From: an uncultured Pseudomonadales bacterium
GTDB lineage: Bacteria > Patescibacteriota > Microgenomatia > UBA1400 > PJMF01
Assembly (NCBI GenBank): GCA_964653045.1
Contig: CAZZBW010000001.1
Location: forward strand, 617-64,616
Direction of reading: 5' to 3'
Length of the DNA: 64,000 bases
In this document: positions 49,232-61,500 of the stretch, piece by piece
Layout: each line of letters begins with the position of its first letter
Numbering within the stretch: the first letter of the stretch is position 1
The notes under the pieces: generated by a model
Database searches by the model: none
The model's input: only the letters and a program-made list of their open reading frames with translations
Told to the model about the DNA's origin: nothing
Program-made: the position numbers and the translations under genes

Positions 49232-50103
49232 AACTGAAAACTGCAATTGGTATATATTTACTGTCTGTTTTGTTGAATGCTACCTACCGATTGGCAAACA
49301 CTGCCCAGGGAGATCTTGAACTTATCGTGTGTGATGTGGGTCAAGGTGATGCGATTCTGATTCAATCGGGTAAAACTCAAGTGTTAATTGATGGAGGACC
49401 AGATGCAGCAGTCATGCGCTGTCTAGGAAAGTACATGGTGCGCTTTGATCGAGTGATTGAGTTGGTGGTAGTCACACATCTGGACTCTGATCACATTGCC
49501 GGTTTAATCCCGGTGTTATCGACTTATCAAGTCGATAAACTAATGATTGATGATGAAACCAAGGAAACTGACGATTTTAAGGATCTTAAACAGCTTGTCC
49601 AGGCTAAGAAAAGGCAGGGTATGGAGTCAATTGAGCCAGTTCACGGAACCGAAGTTGTCCTGGGAAAAGAGCAAAAATTACGAGTGATTAATATTTTCTC
49701 CGAAAGCACATTACAGGATTCAGGTATGAGCGATCTGAAAAGTACCGCTACGAGTAATGACCGATCTATCGGTCTTTTTCTAGTGTGCGATCAGGCAAAA
49801 GCCGTATTGATGGCAGACATTGAGGATCGGGTAGAGCAGGCAATGGTAAGTTTGAAATTGCTAGACGATGTAAACCTACTGAAAGTAGGGCATCATGGGT
49901 CAAAATCGAGTACAAGTGAAGCATTATTAAGGGTGACACGACCCGAAATTAGTGCTATAAGTGCAGGTAAAAACAATCATTTTGGTCATCCCTCTCCTCA
50001 AGTAATTTCTCGCCTACTCGAGTACGACTCCATGGTCTTGAGGACAGATCAAGAGGGTGACCTAGTTTTCCGGTGCCAAGCTGATCGTTACCAACTTCAG
50101 TAA
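49228..50103 (+). CDS. comEC: ComEC metallo-beta-lactamase domain protein (encoded as a separate, translationally coupled ORF)
   Basis: MBL motifs LIVCDVGQGDAILI, VVVTHLDSDHIAGL, VGHHGSKSST. GTG start overlaps the upstream stop by 4 nt. Confidence 0.8.
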   Translation: MKLKTAIGIYLLSVLLNATYRLANTAQGDLELIVCDVGQGDAILIQSGKTQVLIDGGPDAAVMRCLGKYMVRFDRVIELVVVTHLDSDHIAGLIPVLSTYQVDKLMIDDETKETDDFKDLKQLVQAKKRQGMESIEPVHGTEVVLGKEQKLRVINIFSESTLQDSGMSDLKSTATSNDRSIGLFLVCDQAKAVLMADIEDRVEQAMVSLKLLDDVNLLKVGHHGSKSSTSEALLRVTRPEISAISAGKNNHFGHPSPQVISRLLEYDSMVLRTDQEGDLVFRCQADRYQLQ

Positions 50104-50445
50104 TAGATCAAAAACGATCAGACATGTCTAGTTGTTGTTAAAGAGCACTAATTTTCTATCTTTTCATAATAGTGATATCAGTGTCAAGTGGTAATTTTCT
50201 CCCTTTATGGATAATGCAGAGAAATTAATGCATAATCTATCCCATAATATTGGTTTAGGAATAGAGTATTCGACCCAATCAAAATTATGGTAAAAATACT
50301 ATAGACATAATGACAATATAATCGTGTCCGAGTAAATACTTACACCAAGAGAAACCGATATTATTCACTTTAGAAATCTATTCCATGAGTAAACAAGTTG
50401 TTCGGAATACTTTGGTTTTTATTAGGTTGATGCCTCAAGTGAAGT

Positions 50446-52416
50446 ATGTTTATCGATTTCGCTAAGCAGTTACTTCTATATATTTGTTACAATACTGGCA
50501 TGACTAATCCCACGGTCCTCCAATTAGTTAAGGAAATAGAACTGGATTTGGCAGGAGTTATTGCAGATCTGTTTGGAGTTAAACTACTGGTAAAGTTGAA
50601 CTACCCTAAGGATTTGAAGCATGGTGACTTTACCACTAATGTAGCTTTGAGCTTGTTTTCGCTGCTCAAAGAGAGTGGACGCAAGGATGACTCTCCTTTG
50701 TTAGTGGCGCAAAAGCTTGTCACAGTTTTAAAAGAAAGCTGGAGTACGAAGCGCGGTGGATTCTCAAATTCAGTTATTTGGATCGATCGAGTGAGCGCAG
50801 AGCAACCCGGATTTATTAATTTCTGGTTAACGAACACTTATTTACACCAACTAAATTCTTCAATCTCCTCTGGTGCTGACATCGAGAGGTGGTTGTCTAA
50901 AAATTTAAGAGGAAAAAAAGTGATCGTAGAGTTTACCGACCCAAATCCGTTTAAGGAGTTTCATATTGGACATTTATATAGCAATATTGTTGGGGAGGCG
51001 ATTTGCCGGCTGGAGGAGGCTGTTGGAGCGCAAGTAAAACGCGCCTGCTATCAGGGAGACGTTGGCATGCATGTGGCCAAAAGTCTCTGGGGAATGTGGC
51101 AGAAAAAAGAGCAAATCGCCGAATTGAGTTCTCTGCCGTTGAGTAAGAGAGCACAGTTTCTTGGTCAGGCGTATGCCTTAGGCGCCAGCGTCTACGAGAC
51201 AGACGCTGGCGCCAAACAAGCCATCCAAGAGATTAATCAGGTTGTGTATCAGCGTCTCGACCTTAGTCAAGAAAGTCCGAGCTCAACGGTTCAGAAGACC
51301 GATTTTTCTTCTGTAGAGTTTATGGAGCTGTATCATCTGGGTAGGCAGTGGAGTCTGGAGTATTTTGCTTGGCTTTACGATCGCCTTGGTATGAAGTTCG
51401 ATTACTTCTTTTTTGAAAGCCAGGTCGGTCGAGCAGGAGTAGCAATCGTCAAGGAGTACTTGGCTAAGGGTGTGTTTGAGACCAGTCAGGGTGCCGTTAT
51501 CTTCCCTGGCTCGAAACACGGTTTGCATGATCGAGTATTCATTAACTCGCTCGGTCTGCCTACTTACGAAGCCAAGGAGCTAGGTTTAGCTCCGACCAAG
51601 TATGCTCAGTATGCTTACGATCGCTCCATTATCATCACGGGCAACGAGATTGATGAGTATTTTAAAGTACTGCTCAAGGCTATGAGTCTGACTCATCCAG
51701 ACCTAGCTGAAAAAACTACTCACCTTTCTCATGGTATGGTCAAGCTGCCAGAGGGAAAGATGTCGAGCCGAACCGGTAAAGTGATTACTGGCGAGTGGCT
51801 GATGAATCAGGCTACCGAACAAATGGTGGACCGATTGCGCTCAACTCGTCCAGAGTTGAGCGCAACCAAACAGGCCAAAATCGGCTCAGAAATCGCTCTT
51901 GGAGCGATTAAGTATGCTTTACTTAAATCTAACATCGGGGGGGATGTAGTTTTTTCATTCGAACAATCGCTGGCTTTCAGCGGAAACTCAGGACCATACC
52001 TTCAATACACCGCGGTTCGCTGTATGGGAGTATTACGGAAAGCGACTGCTGCTATGCAATTAAGTAGCATAAGTATACTTATTGATCTATTAAAAAATAT
52101 TAAAGTAGATATTGATCAACTAGACGCAAAAACTAGTTATACAAGTTTAGATAAAGATTTATTAAGAATCATTGCGCGATATTTTGATACACTAGAAATG
52201 GCTGCAGCGAAATATACTCCTCATTCACTGACGGAATACCTTTATGAGTTTGCCCAAAAATTAAATTATTGGTATGACAAACAAAAAATTATTGAGCTTG
52301 AATCGGGTAAGCTTACGCAACCGGCTCAATTGAAGTTATCGCTCGCGTTGACTGCTTATCAAGTTTTGTTTCATGGCTTGAGTGTGTTAGGTATCAATAT
52401 TCCAGAGGAGATGTAG
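50446..52416 (+). CDS. argS: Arginine--tRNA ligase
   Basis: HIGH motif (FHIGHLYSNIVGEAICRL). Class I catalytic core. C-terminal DALR anticodon-binding region (LAFSGNSGPYLQYTAVRC...). A start at ATG 50498 (MTNPTVLQ) is also possible. Confidence 0.9.
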   Translation: MFIDFAKQLLLYICYNTGMTNPTVLQLVKEIELDLAGVIADLFGVKLLVKLNYPKDLKHGDFTTNVALSLFSLLKESGRKDDSPLLVAQKLVTVLKESWSTKRGGFSNSVIWIDRVSAEQPGFINFWLTNTYLHQLNSSISSGADIERWLSKNLRGKKVIVEFTDPNPFKEFHIGHLYSNIVGEAICRLEEAVGAQVKRACYQGDVGMHVAKSLWGMWQKKEQIAELSSLPLSKRAQFLGQAYALGASVYETDAGAKQAIQEINQVVYQRLDLSQESPSSTVQKTDFSSVEFMELYHLGRQWSLEYFAWLYDRLGMKFDYFFFESQVGRAGVAIVKEYLAKGVFETSQGAVIFPGSKHGLHDRVFINSLGLPTYEAKELGLAPTKYAQYAYDRSIIITGNEIDEYFKVLLKAMSLTHPDLAEKTTHLSHGMVKLPEGKMSSRTGKVITGEWLMNQATEQMVDRLRSTRPELSATKQAKIGSEIALGAIKYALLKSNIGGDVVFSFEQSLAFSGNSGPYLQYTAVRCMGVLRKATAAMQLSSISILIDLLKNIKVDIDQLDAKTSYTSLDKDLLRIIARYFDTLEMAAAKYTPHSLTEYLYEFAQKLNYWYDKQKIIELESGKLTQPAQLKLSLALTAYQVLFHGLSVLGINIPEEM

Positions 52417-52417
52417 G

Positions 52418-53719
52418 ATGTTAAAGCACCAATTGAATAAATTAGATTCTGGATTGGAAGTAATCAGGGTACCAATCGATAGCCTACCTTCTGTGACGGT
52501 TTTGATACTTGGTAACACCGGCTCTCGATACGAGACAGCAGCGGAACAAGGACTGGCTCACTTTTTCGAGCACATGGTATTCAAAGGCACAAAAAAATTT
52601 CCTTCAGCCAAAATTATTTCTGAGTTAATTGACGGAGTGGGAGCTGAGAGCAACGCATTTACCAGCAAAGAGTTTACTGGTTATTACATCAAGGTGAAAA
52701 GCGATCATATTCAGCTGGCTCTTGATATCTTGTCGGATATGTTACTAGCGCCAAAGTTAGTCGAAAGCGAGATCGAGAAAGAAAAGGGTGTGATTATCGA
52801 AGAAATGAACATGTATCTGGATACACCGATGCGTGATATAGGTAATCTATTTGATCAGCTGGTGTTTGCAGACCAGAGTGTGGGTCACGATGTGATTGGC
52901 ACCAAGCAAACTGTCTCAGGTATGAGCAAACAGAACTTTATCAATTTTCTAGATAAGTGGTATGGTTTAGCCAACTTGACGTTAGTGCTCGCTGGTGATG
53001 CACGCGTGCTGAACCAAGCTGACCTGCTTGACGGAATTAACAAGCTGTTTACCAGCAAACTAGCTGGTGCTGATCGATTCAAGAAGCGGGTAGAGATTGA
53101 AGATTTGTTGGGTCCGGCGCCGCTGCGGCGGCGCCGGCTAATCATCCGCAAACAAAAAACCAAGCAAGTGCACTTGATGCTGGGTTGGCCGGGTATTGCC
53201 AGAAATGATAAGCGATATTACGCCATGTCTATCCTGGCAAATATCCTAGGTGGGAACATGAGCTCGAGATTGTTCAGTGAAGTACGAGAAAAACGGGGTT
53301 TGTGTTATTACGTCAACTCTTCGCCAGATTATTATCATGATGCTGGTACTTTGACCGTGGCGGCTGGAGTTGATCCGCAGCGAGTGCATGAGGCGTTGTC
53401 TGTAATTATTGATGAGTGTCAGAAACTGGCCAGCGGTAAGGAGCCACTGAGTGAGAAAGAGATGACCAAAGCCAAAGAGAACCTGGTGGGTAATATGGCG
53501 TTGTCGTTTGAAGATAGCATGGCTGTCGCCCAATTTTTTGGTTTAAGACAAGTTCTGACCCAAAAAATCGAAACACCAGAGGAGGTGATGAATCAAGTGA
53601 GAGGGGTGACGCTTGAGTCGGTTCAAGCTTTGGCCAAGGAAATTATCCGCCAGCCCCAGCTGCGGCTGGCGGTGATTGGTCCATTCACTGAAAGTGAATT
53701 CAAGCGTTACGTAGAGTAA
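52418..53719 (+). CDS. M16 family zinc peptidase (insulinase-like, inverted HxxEH)
   Basis: GLAHFFEHMVFKGT zinc-binding motif. M16 N- and C-domain length. Starts 2 nt after the argS stop. Confidence 0.8.
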   Translation: MLKHQLNKLDSGLEVIRVPIDSLPSVTVLILGNTGSRYETAAEQGLAHFFEHMVFKGTKKFPSAKIISELIDGVGAESNAFTSKEFTGYYIKVKSDHIQLALDILSDMLLAPKLVESEIEKEKGVIIEEMNMYLDTPMRDIGNLFDQLVFADQSVGHDVIGTKQTVSGMSKQNFINFLDKWYGLANLTLVLAGDARVLNQADLLDGINKLFTSKLAGADRFKKRVEIEDLLGPAPLRRRRLIIRKQKTKQVHLMLGWPGIARNDKRYYAMSILANILGGNMSSRLFSEVREKRGLCYYVNSSPDYYHDAGTLTVAAGVDPQRVHEALSVIIDECQKLASGKEPLSEKEMTKAKENLVGNMALSFEDSMAVAQFFGLRQVLTQKIETPEEVMNQVRGVTLESVQALAKEIIRQPQLRLAVIGPFTESEFKRYVE

Positions 53720-53787
53720 ATATTTAGTAGACAGTCAATTTAAAATTTGGAATAAGTAGTTGTATAATTCTCCATAAGAAGGGGAGA

Positions 53788-54264
53788 TTGATTATGAAAA
53801 ACACCCGCACCGCAGTGTTAGTCAAACCAGATGGTCTACAACGAGGTCTAATCGGCGAGATTATCAGCCGTTTTGAACGCAAAGGCTTGAAATTAGTGGG
53901 AATCAAGATGGTGAGCATGACTGATGCCCAACTGTCTGAGTGGTATCAAGAACACCAGGCGAAAAGTTTCTTTGGTGATCTCAAAAATTTCATGGGAAGC
54001 ATGCCAGTAGTGGCAATGGTTTGGGAGGGAGTTGAGGCAGTGCCGGTAGTGCGAAAATTAGTTGGTACTACGGTTGGCCGTGAAGCTGAAGCTGGCTCAA
54101 TCCGCGGAGATTTTGGCATGAGTCGCCAGTTCAATCTGATTCATGCGTCCTCGTCCGACTCGGACGCCCAACGCGAGATCGATATTTTGTTCAATGTTGA
54201 CGAGCTATTTAACTACTCTGGTGCCATGGAGTGCGTGGTATATACAGATGAGGAGAGAGAATAG
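53788..54264 (+). CDS. ndk: Nucleoside diphosphate kinase
   Basis: RTAVLVKPDGLQRGLIGEIISRFERKGLKLVG...NLIHASSSDSDAQREI (active-site His context). 158 aa. Confidence 0.9.
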   Translation: MIMKNTRTAVLVKPDGLQRGLIGEIISRFERKGLKLVGIKMVSMTDAQLSEWYQEHQAKSFFGDLKNFMGSMPVVAMVWEGVEAVPVVRKLVGTTVGREAEAGSIRGDFGMSRQFNLIHASSSDSDAQREIDILFNVDELFNYSGAMECVVYTDEERE

Positions 54265-54267
54265 ATT

Positions 54268-54585
54268 ATGCAAGAGACAAGAACTACGAACGAAAAATCT
54301 CCTAAAAGATGGTTGTTAGAAACAATGCGAGTTGGTCAGGTATTGATGTTTAGAACTAAGAAGTCAACTTATCTTCTAAGATGTGAACAACAGGCGGAGA
54401 GGGGTAAGCTTTTAGAATTTCGGATTTTGAATCCCTTACATATGGCTCAACAATTTCCTGATTCTGTGAGTATAGCGGGCGATTTTATTCAAGCTGGAAA
54501 AAGCGTACTTGTTGTCGACGCAAATACGAGGGAAGCACTATTTGCTACATCTGAAGTGACTGAAGCAAGGGTAAACAACCAATAG
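54268..54585 (+). CDS. Hypothetical protein
   Basis: 105-aa ORF immediately after ndk, same strand. No recognised motif. Confidence 0.35.
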   Translation: MQETRTTNEKSPKRWLLETMRVGQVLMFRTKKSTYLLRCEQQAERGKLLEFRILNPLHMAQQFPDSVSIAGDFIQAGKSVLVVDANTREALFATSEVTEARVNNQ

Positions 54586-54643
54586 CAGTTGTTTGATTGT
54601 CCCAATTGTCTATTAAAAATTTCGGTGTATACTGAAATGCAGT

Positions 54644-54928
54644 ATGCAACCATTTTTTGTCAAAACATTTAGTAAAGGTCAAATGACGATCCCTAAGGTC
54701 ATACGCCAGAAATGGGGTGTGGGGGACGATTTTTGGATGAAAGTTAGATTTGATGAAAGTGGGGCATTAATTCTCATGCCCATTGAACACTCGCCTGATT
54801 CAGGGGGCATACTTGACCGCTTGTCAGCACTGCCCAAACCTCAAGAGTCGTGGTTTTCTCAGAAAGAGAATGAAAATATGAGAAACGAAGTCGAATTAGC
54901 GTTGAAGCGCAAGCTTAAAGATTGGTGA
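54644..54928 (+). CDS. vapB: AbrB/MazE/SpoVT-fold antitoxin (VapB-like)
   Basis: KGQMTIPKVIRQKWGVGDDFWMKV... swapped-hairpin motif. Stop is 1 nt before the PIN gene start. Confidence 0.6.
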   Translation: MQPFFVKTFSKGQMTIPKVIRQKWGVGDDFWMKVRFDESGALILMPIEHSPDSGGILDRLSALPKPQESWFSQKENENMRNEVELALKRKLKDW

Positions 54929-54929
54929 G

Positions 54930-55307
54930 ATGAATGTATTACTTGATACTTCAGTTATAGTTGATTGGTTGAGGCAAAAAGATAGTCGTGATACCTGGCT
55001 TTTCCAGTTACTAAAAGCTGACTGTCGGTTGTTTGTGCCTGTGGTGGTGGTGGCCGAGCTATATACTGGGTCGAGTGTCTGGCAGATTGCGGATGCAAGA
55101 TTGAGGCTCGAAGGTTTTTTGCGTGAGTGCCAGGTCATGAGTTTGGAGACAAATACCGCGGTTTTGGCGGGACAAATCAAAAACAAGTATAAGATCAACC
55201 TGATTGATGCGTTGGTAGCGGCTGAAGCAATGGAAAGATCACTAAAGCTAGCCACGCTCAACACGAAAGATTTTGCCAAAATCGAAGGATTGGATTTGGT
55301 GAAGTAG
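54930..55307 (+). CDS. vapC: PIN-domain ribonuclease toxin VapC
   Basis: MNVLLDTSVIVDW (Asp at position 6). ...LIDALVAAEAM..., ...ATLNTKDF acidic quartet positions. 125 aa. Confidence 0.75.
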   Translation: MNVLLDTSVIVDWLRQKDSRDTWLFQLLKADCRLFVPVVVVAELYTGSSVWQIADARLRLEGFLRECQVMSLETNTAVLAGQIKNKYKINLIDALVAAEAMERSLKLATLNTKDFAKIEGLDLVK

Positions 55308-55311
55308 CTCG

Positions 55312-55383
55312 TGCCCCCGACAGGAATCGAACCTGTACCAACGGTTCCGGAAACCGTAATTCTATCCGTTGAACTACGGGGGC
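55312..55383 (-). tRNA. tRNA-Arg (anticodon CCG)
   Basis: Manual fold of the reverse complement. Acceptor GCCCCCG/CGGGGGC, D stem GTTC/GAAT, anticodon stem ACGGT/ACCGT with loop TTCCGGA, T arm ACAGG-TTCGATT-CCTGT, discriminator A. CCA is not encoded. Confidence 0.85.
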
Positions 55384-55529
55384 GGTGATCATGAGTTATT
55401 GTACATCATTGAGGTAGGCTTCTCGGCGTAACTGAGCTTGCCTATATCAAGTTGTTTTTGCTACACTGAAAGATGAAATAAATCCAGGATCTTCTTGGAA
55501 TTTGTTGTGTTGGGGTTAGATAAAAACTG

Positions 55530-58500
55530 ATGAAAAAGAGTCACTTGCCCACTAGCCTGATTAATCGAGTAATTACTTGGTTAGCTGTTTCTCTGGTGAT
55601 TGCAAGTATTGCTTTGGGGCAGGTAACAAATAGTGTAGTTTGGGCAGCTTCAGAATCGCAGACCAAGAGTGCGAGTGTAGTCAGCACGAATCCAGTGAAT
55701 GATGAAGCTGCCCCACAAGAAATCAGCGTTGAGCCAGTCGAAGTGGAAGTCAAAGCTCAGCCTTCGGCTTGGCAGAGATTATTGAAGTCAACCGGGATTC
55801 GTGCCAATTACCAGGGAATTAAGGCCGAGATCAGGAATAGTGAAGGCGAAAAAGTGGAGGATGTGGTGTCTGATGACTCCAACTCTGCCGATCAGTTTTT
55901 GTTTCATTTGGATCCAGCCAAACTAGAACTGGCTCCAGGCGAATATCAATTGGTTGTAGAGTACGCCGGCGAGGTGATTTATCAAGATTTTACTTACGGC
56001 GTGCTGGCGGTGAACGCCACCAAAGATGTGTACACATTGGGAGAGGCGGCCAGCCTGGAGCTGGCCGCCCTAGACAGTCACGGTACCACGCTGTGCAACG
56101 CCAACTTACTCCTCACCATTACTACTCCCGATGGGGGACAAACCAATCCAGAAGTGGTTAAATCTGGTGAGTGTGACGGAAATAATGTGACTGACGTGCC
56201 GGATTATTCGGCAGAATATGTACCTGAGCTTGAGGGCGAGTATCGCCTCAAGCTCCAAAACCTCGATCAAAATTTTGTGATCGAATCAAGTTTCCAAGTC
56301 GTAGCGGATCCTGAGTTAAGTATCGAGAGGTTGGGCCCGAGCAGAATATATCCAATGGCTAATTACTTGATGAATATCAATGTGTACTCAAAAAATGGCT
56401 TTAGTGGAACGGTGAGTGAAAGTGTGCCCAGCTCGTTTGCTATCGAAAGCGATGGTGCGTCAAAAAGCCAGCAGGGTGAACTGACGATTATCTCTTGGCC
56501 GGTTGAGATTGCTCCAGGAGAAACTGCGGAGCTGGCGTATCTTTTTGACGCACCGGACGTCTCTCCCCAATTTTATTCTCTTGGCTCGATTCAGTTATTA
56601 GATAACAAAAACCCAATTTATACCGAATCTCGCCAGTGGCAAGTTGCCTCAGATGATACTTCCACCAAGGCAATCGGCTCCGAGTCTGGCACCAACTGGT
56701 CAGCCTCAGGTGGCTGTACCTTCGGCACCAACTGCGTGACTACTTCTAACAATCAGTACGCTACTTTTAATGGCACTGGTCGGAATACTTTGTACCTTAA
56801 AAACATTGGTTTTTCAATTCCTGCGGGATCGACAATTGATGGCATTGTGATTGGATTCGAGGGATACGGGTCAGGCACTACTGCCGCAAGAAGAACCATA
56901 AGGTTGAATGTAACAAAAAATGGTACCAATGCAACTGATGCCACTTGGAATACCCAAGCTTTTACGACTCGAGATGCTAGTTATACCACAGGGACTAGCA
57001 CTGATCTTTGGGGCACGACTTGGACAGTCAGTGAAATTAATTCGACCAACTTTGGGGTAATGATTTCAGATAATGATACTACTGCCCGCGCTTTATACAT
57101 TGATCATGTTCAGATTACGGTGTACTACACACCACCAGTGACAATTAATGTGTCTGGTTCAACCAATGTCGCTAGTGGGACAGTTAAATGGGCGAAAAAT
57201 GGAGTGGCACAGGCTGAAACAGCTACGATCGGTTCTGGGACGTGGTCACTAACTGCTACTGGTTTAGCCCAAAACGATATCGTCACTACTTGGATTGATG
57301 CGGCAGCTGAGACCGATGAGAGTACCGCGATCACCAAGTATGACGGCACTGGTGATATCACTGGCATGGTGCTCAATGCCAATGTTCTGTCTGTAGGTAG
57401 TGTCGATAATCCTAGTCTGGTACTATCAAATTTCGCCTACACCAATACCAATAATGAAAATGTGATGCACAGCTACGGTAGTAGTACGCTGACGGTCGAT
57501 GGGGGTAATTCTTACTCAACAGAAAAACTTGACGTGCTGAGTGGAGCTACGCTGACGGTGGGTATCAGCGAGATAGTCAATACTCATCATCTGTCCATCA
57601 ACGGCACGCTGACTTCTGGTGGCAGTAGTACTTACAATGTTTATGGTAATTGGGAGAACAACGCGACTTTCACTGCCTCGACCAGCACGGTAGATTTCAA
57701 GCTTGCCTCAGGGACGCAGACGCTCAAGAGCGGTGGGACTGGGGCAGGCAAGTTGTTTAATAATCTGACACACTCTGGTGCCGGCACGCTCCAGCTGAAT
57801 ACCAATGCCATTGACGTTGATGGTAACTTTGCTCAAACCGCCGGCACCTTCGACGCCAATAGTTTCAGCCAGAACTTTGCTGGGGATTTTTCTTTGTCGA
57901 GTGGAACCGTGTTTACCAAAGGTGGAACCACCACGTTTGACGGTTCGGTAGCTAAAGCTATCACTGATAACACCACTGGTCAGCAAGATCTGGGTGCGGT
58001 GGTGATTGATGGGACGAGTAAAAGTATTTCTTCTTCAACAAATATCAAGCTGACCACTTTGTCGATCGGAGCGGATGATACGTTGGATATTTCTTCTGAT
58101 ACTTTGGCTATTTTGGGAAGCGGTACGCCGTTTACCAAAACGGGTGCGTTTACCACTACTGGTTCGACCGTGGTATATGCTGGGACTACGGCTACCAACG
58201 TTACCACCACGGCTTACAACAATCTGACGTTCACTCCCGCTTCAGGCACGCCGACATACACTTTACAAGCCAGTTTGACCGCCGGCAATGCGATTGCGGG
58301 CAACTTAACAATCAGTAGTGGTGCAACTTTAAGCACTTCAGCTTCAAACTTCAATCTAGAAGTTAAGGGCAATTGGGCGAATGCCGGCAGTTTTACTTCA
58401 GGTACCAACACCGTGACTTTTTCGGCAACCGCTACTGGCAAAACGATCGTGACCGGTGGGACCGGTACTGGTCAGGATTTTAATCATGTAGTGTTTAACA

Positions 58501-61500
58501 GTTCTTCCGGAGGATGGACAATCCAGACTAATGATATGAAAGTGGCTGGTAATTTGACCATTACCGATGTCAATGATTGGACGCTGCAAACGGGGAGGAT
58601 TCTTGAGGTAAATGGCCAGTACACCATTACTGGCAATGAAACGGCCGCTACCACTTGGACTGGTTCGACGCTTTATCTTAATAACGGCACTAGCACTAGT
58701 TACACTATTAACTCGATTAAAACTGCCTCAGCTGAGACCTATGGCACGTTGCAAATCGGTGCTAACACTGATGTACGGATGTGGAACTCAACCGCCACGA
58801 CCTTTACTGTGGATGCGACTGGTTCTTTATACTCGCAAAATCATGCCAATACGGCTGGTAGCCTGTATATTTGGGGTGATTACAACGTGGTGGGCACAGA
58901 TTACTGGAGTTACGCGACTGATTTTGACAGTGTGGCGTTGGGAGGATCTTCCCGCCAGGCAAATGTCAGAATTGATCCAGCTGGTGGAGTGACCGTGGGC
59001 AGTGGTAAAACACTAAATGCCATTGGCACATCGAGTTTTCGCACCACAGTGGATCGGCAGGGCGCCAGCAATGGTTACGGGCTAACCATTGCTGGCGGCA
59101 CAATTAACTTCAATTACGTCAACTTTGACCGGCTAGACGGTAACAAGGGTTTGGATATTCAAACAGGTTCAACCGTCACCAGTCTCGATTATACCAAGTA
59201 CGACAACTTGGTTGGAACGGCTGGTACCGATGATGCGTTTATTACTTTGAGTACTTCAATTGTTGGCACTGGCACTAAAATTTTGACCGGTTTACAGTTT
59301 GATAATACTGGGACTGGGGCAGAGTTCAATGTCAATTTGAGCGGAACGGCGGTCACCGGTTACTGGGATTTTGAGTCCAGCTCTGGGACATTCGATGGCG
59401 AGAGCTATGATGGCGCCAGCGGCATGGCCGAGGCCGATCCAGGCACACTGCGTTGGGATGACTCGGCCCAGCCGCCGCTGGCGCCCACCGACCTTTTAGC
59501 CGAGGGAGCGACCAACCCAACCGGCGTGATCGATCTGACTCCAGAGATGTCGGCGATTTATCGCGATAACAACGTTGGTGATACTGCTAATAAGTACCAG
59601 ATCCAAGTCGACGACAACTCAGATTTCACCTCAGTCTTTTGGGACTCTGGCGCGAGTGGTACCTCCATGACCAACTGTACAGTCAACAACCGCTGTCAAG
59701 ATATCTCATACACTGGTTCAGTGTTAACAAGAGGAATAACGTATTACTGGCGAATTAAGTATTGGGATATTGCAGGATTGGAGGGCGATTTTTCTTCAGA
59801 GTCAGCCACTTTCAAGCTCAATCAATTACCTAACACGCCGACCAACACTGCGCCAACTGATGGATTGGGCAATCAATCTTTGACTCCGACACTCCAGTCT
59901 TCAGCTTTCTCTGACTCAGATGTGGGTGATACCCACTCCGCCTCCCAGTGGCAGGTATCGACTGCTAGTGGGGCAGGATTTGATGCTGGCATTGTTTGGG
60001 ATTCAGGCACAGACACGACCAACAAAACATCCCGAGTAGTTGGTACCACGCTTTCCACTGGTACAACTTACTATTGGCGAGTCAGGCACCAGGATGATAA
60101 AACCGAGTGGTCGAGTTACTCGACAATTACTAGTTTTACCACCTATTACCCACCCTCTGCTCCCACTGATTTATTGGCAGAGGGAGCGACTAATCCCACG
60201 GGAATCATTGATTTGACCCCAGAATTATCAGCCATCTATCGTGATTCCGACGCAGGTGATACTGCTAATAAGTACCAGATCCAAGTCGATGATAATTCAG
60301 ATTTTACCTCGGTCTTTTGGGATTCTGGTGCGAGTGGTACTTCCATGACCAACTGTACCGTCAATAATCGTTGTCAAGATATTTCATACTCAGGATCAGC
60401 TCTTACCAGAGGCACAACTTATTACTGGAGAATTAAATTCTGGGATGTGGGTGGGGCAGAGGGGGCATTCTCTTCCGTCACAGCTACTTTCAAGATTAAT
60501 CAAATACCTAATACTCCAACTAACACTTCTCCAACGAATGGGGCAGGTAATCAATCACTGACTCCGACACTCCAGTCTTCAGCTTTCTCTGACTCAGATG
60601 TAGGAGATACCCATGCTGCTTCTCAATGGCAGGTATCTACCGCCACTGGGGCTGGCTTTGATGCCGGCATCGTTTGGGATTCGGGCACAGACACGACCAA
60701 CAAAACATCCCGAGTGGTTGGCACCACGCTCTCTACTGGTACTATTTACTATTGGCGGGTTAGACACCAAGATAACCGAACTGAGTGGTCGAGTTACTCA
60801 ACTATTACTAGTTTTACCACTAGCTATCCACCCAACACCCCGACTAATACCTCGCCAACCAATGGTGCGATCAACCAATCACTCACTCCAACGCTCCAGT
60901 CTTCTGCATTTTCCGATCCTGATGCTGGGGCGACTCATGCCGCTTCTCAATGGCAGGTATCTACCGCCAGTGGGGCTGGATTTGATGCCGCGATTGTTTG
61001 GGATTCAGGTACGGACACGACCAACAAAACATCTAGGGTAGTTGGTACCACGCTCAATCCCGGAGTGACGTATTATTGGAGAGTTCGCCATCGGGATGAT
61101 CGGAGTGTTTGGTCCAGCTACTCTGTTATTACCAGCTTTACAACTTATTATGCTCCCTCTGCTCCCACGGACCTCTTAGCCGAGGGAGCAACTAACCCCA
61201 ACGGCTTAATTGATCTTACCCCTGAGTTATCTGCGATCTATCGTGACTCAGATGCGGGTGATACCGCCAATAAATATAGAATCCAAGTGGATGATAACTC
61301 AGATTTCTCTTCAGTGTTCTGGGACACAGGAGTCAGTGGTACATCTATGACCAACTGTACCGTCAATACTCGTTGTCAAGATATTTCATACTCAGGATCA
61401 GCTTTAACTAGAGGTACAGTGTATTACTGGCGAATTAAATTCTGGGATGTGGGTGGGGCAGAGGGAGTATTCTCCAGTGAATCGGCTACTTTCAAACTCA

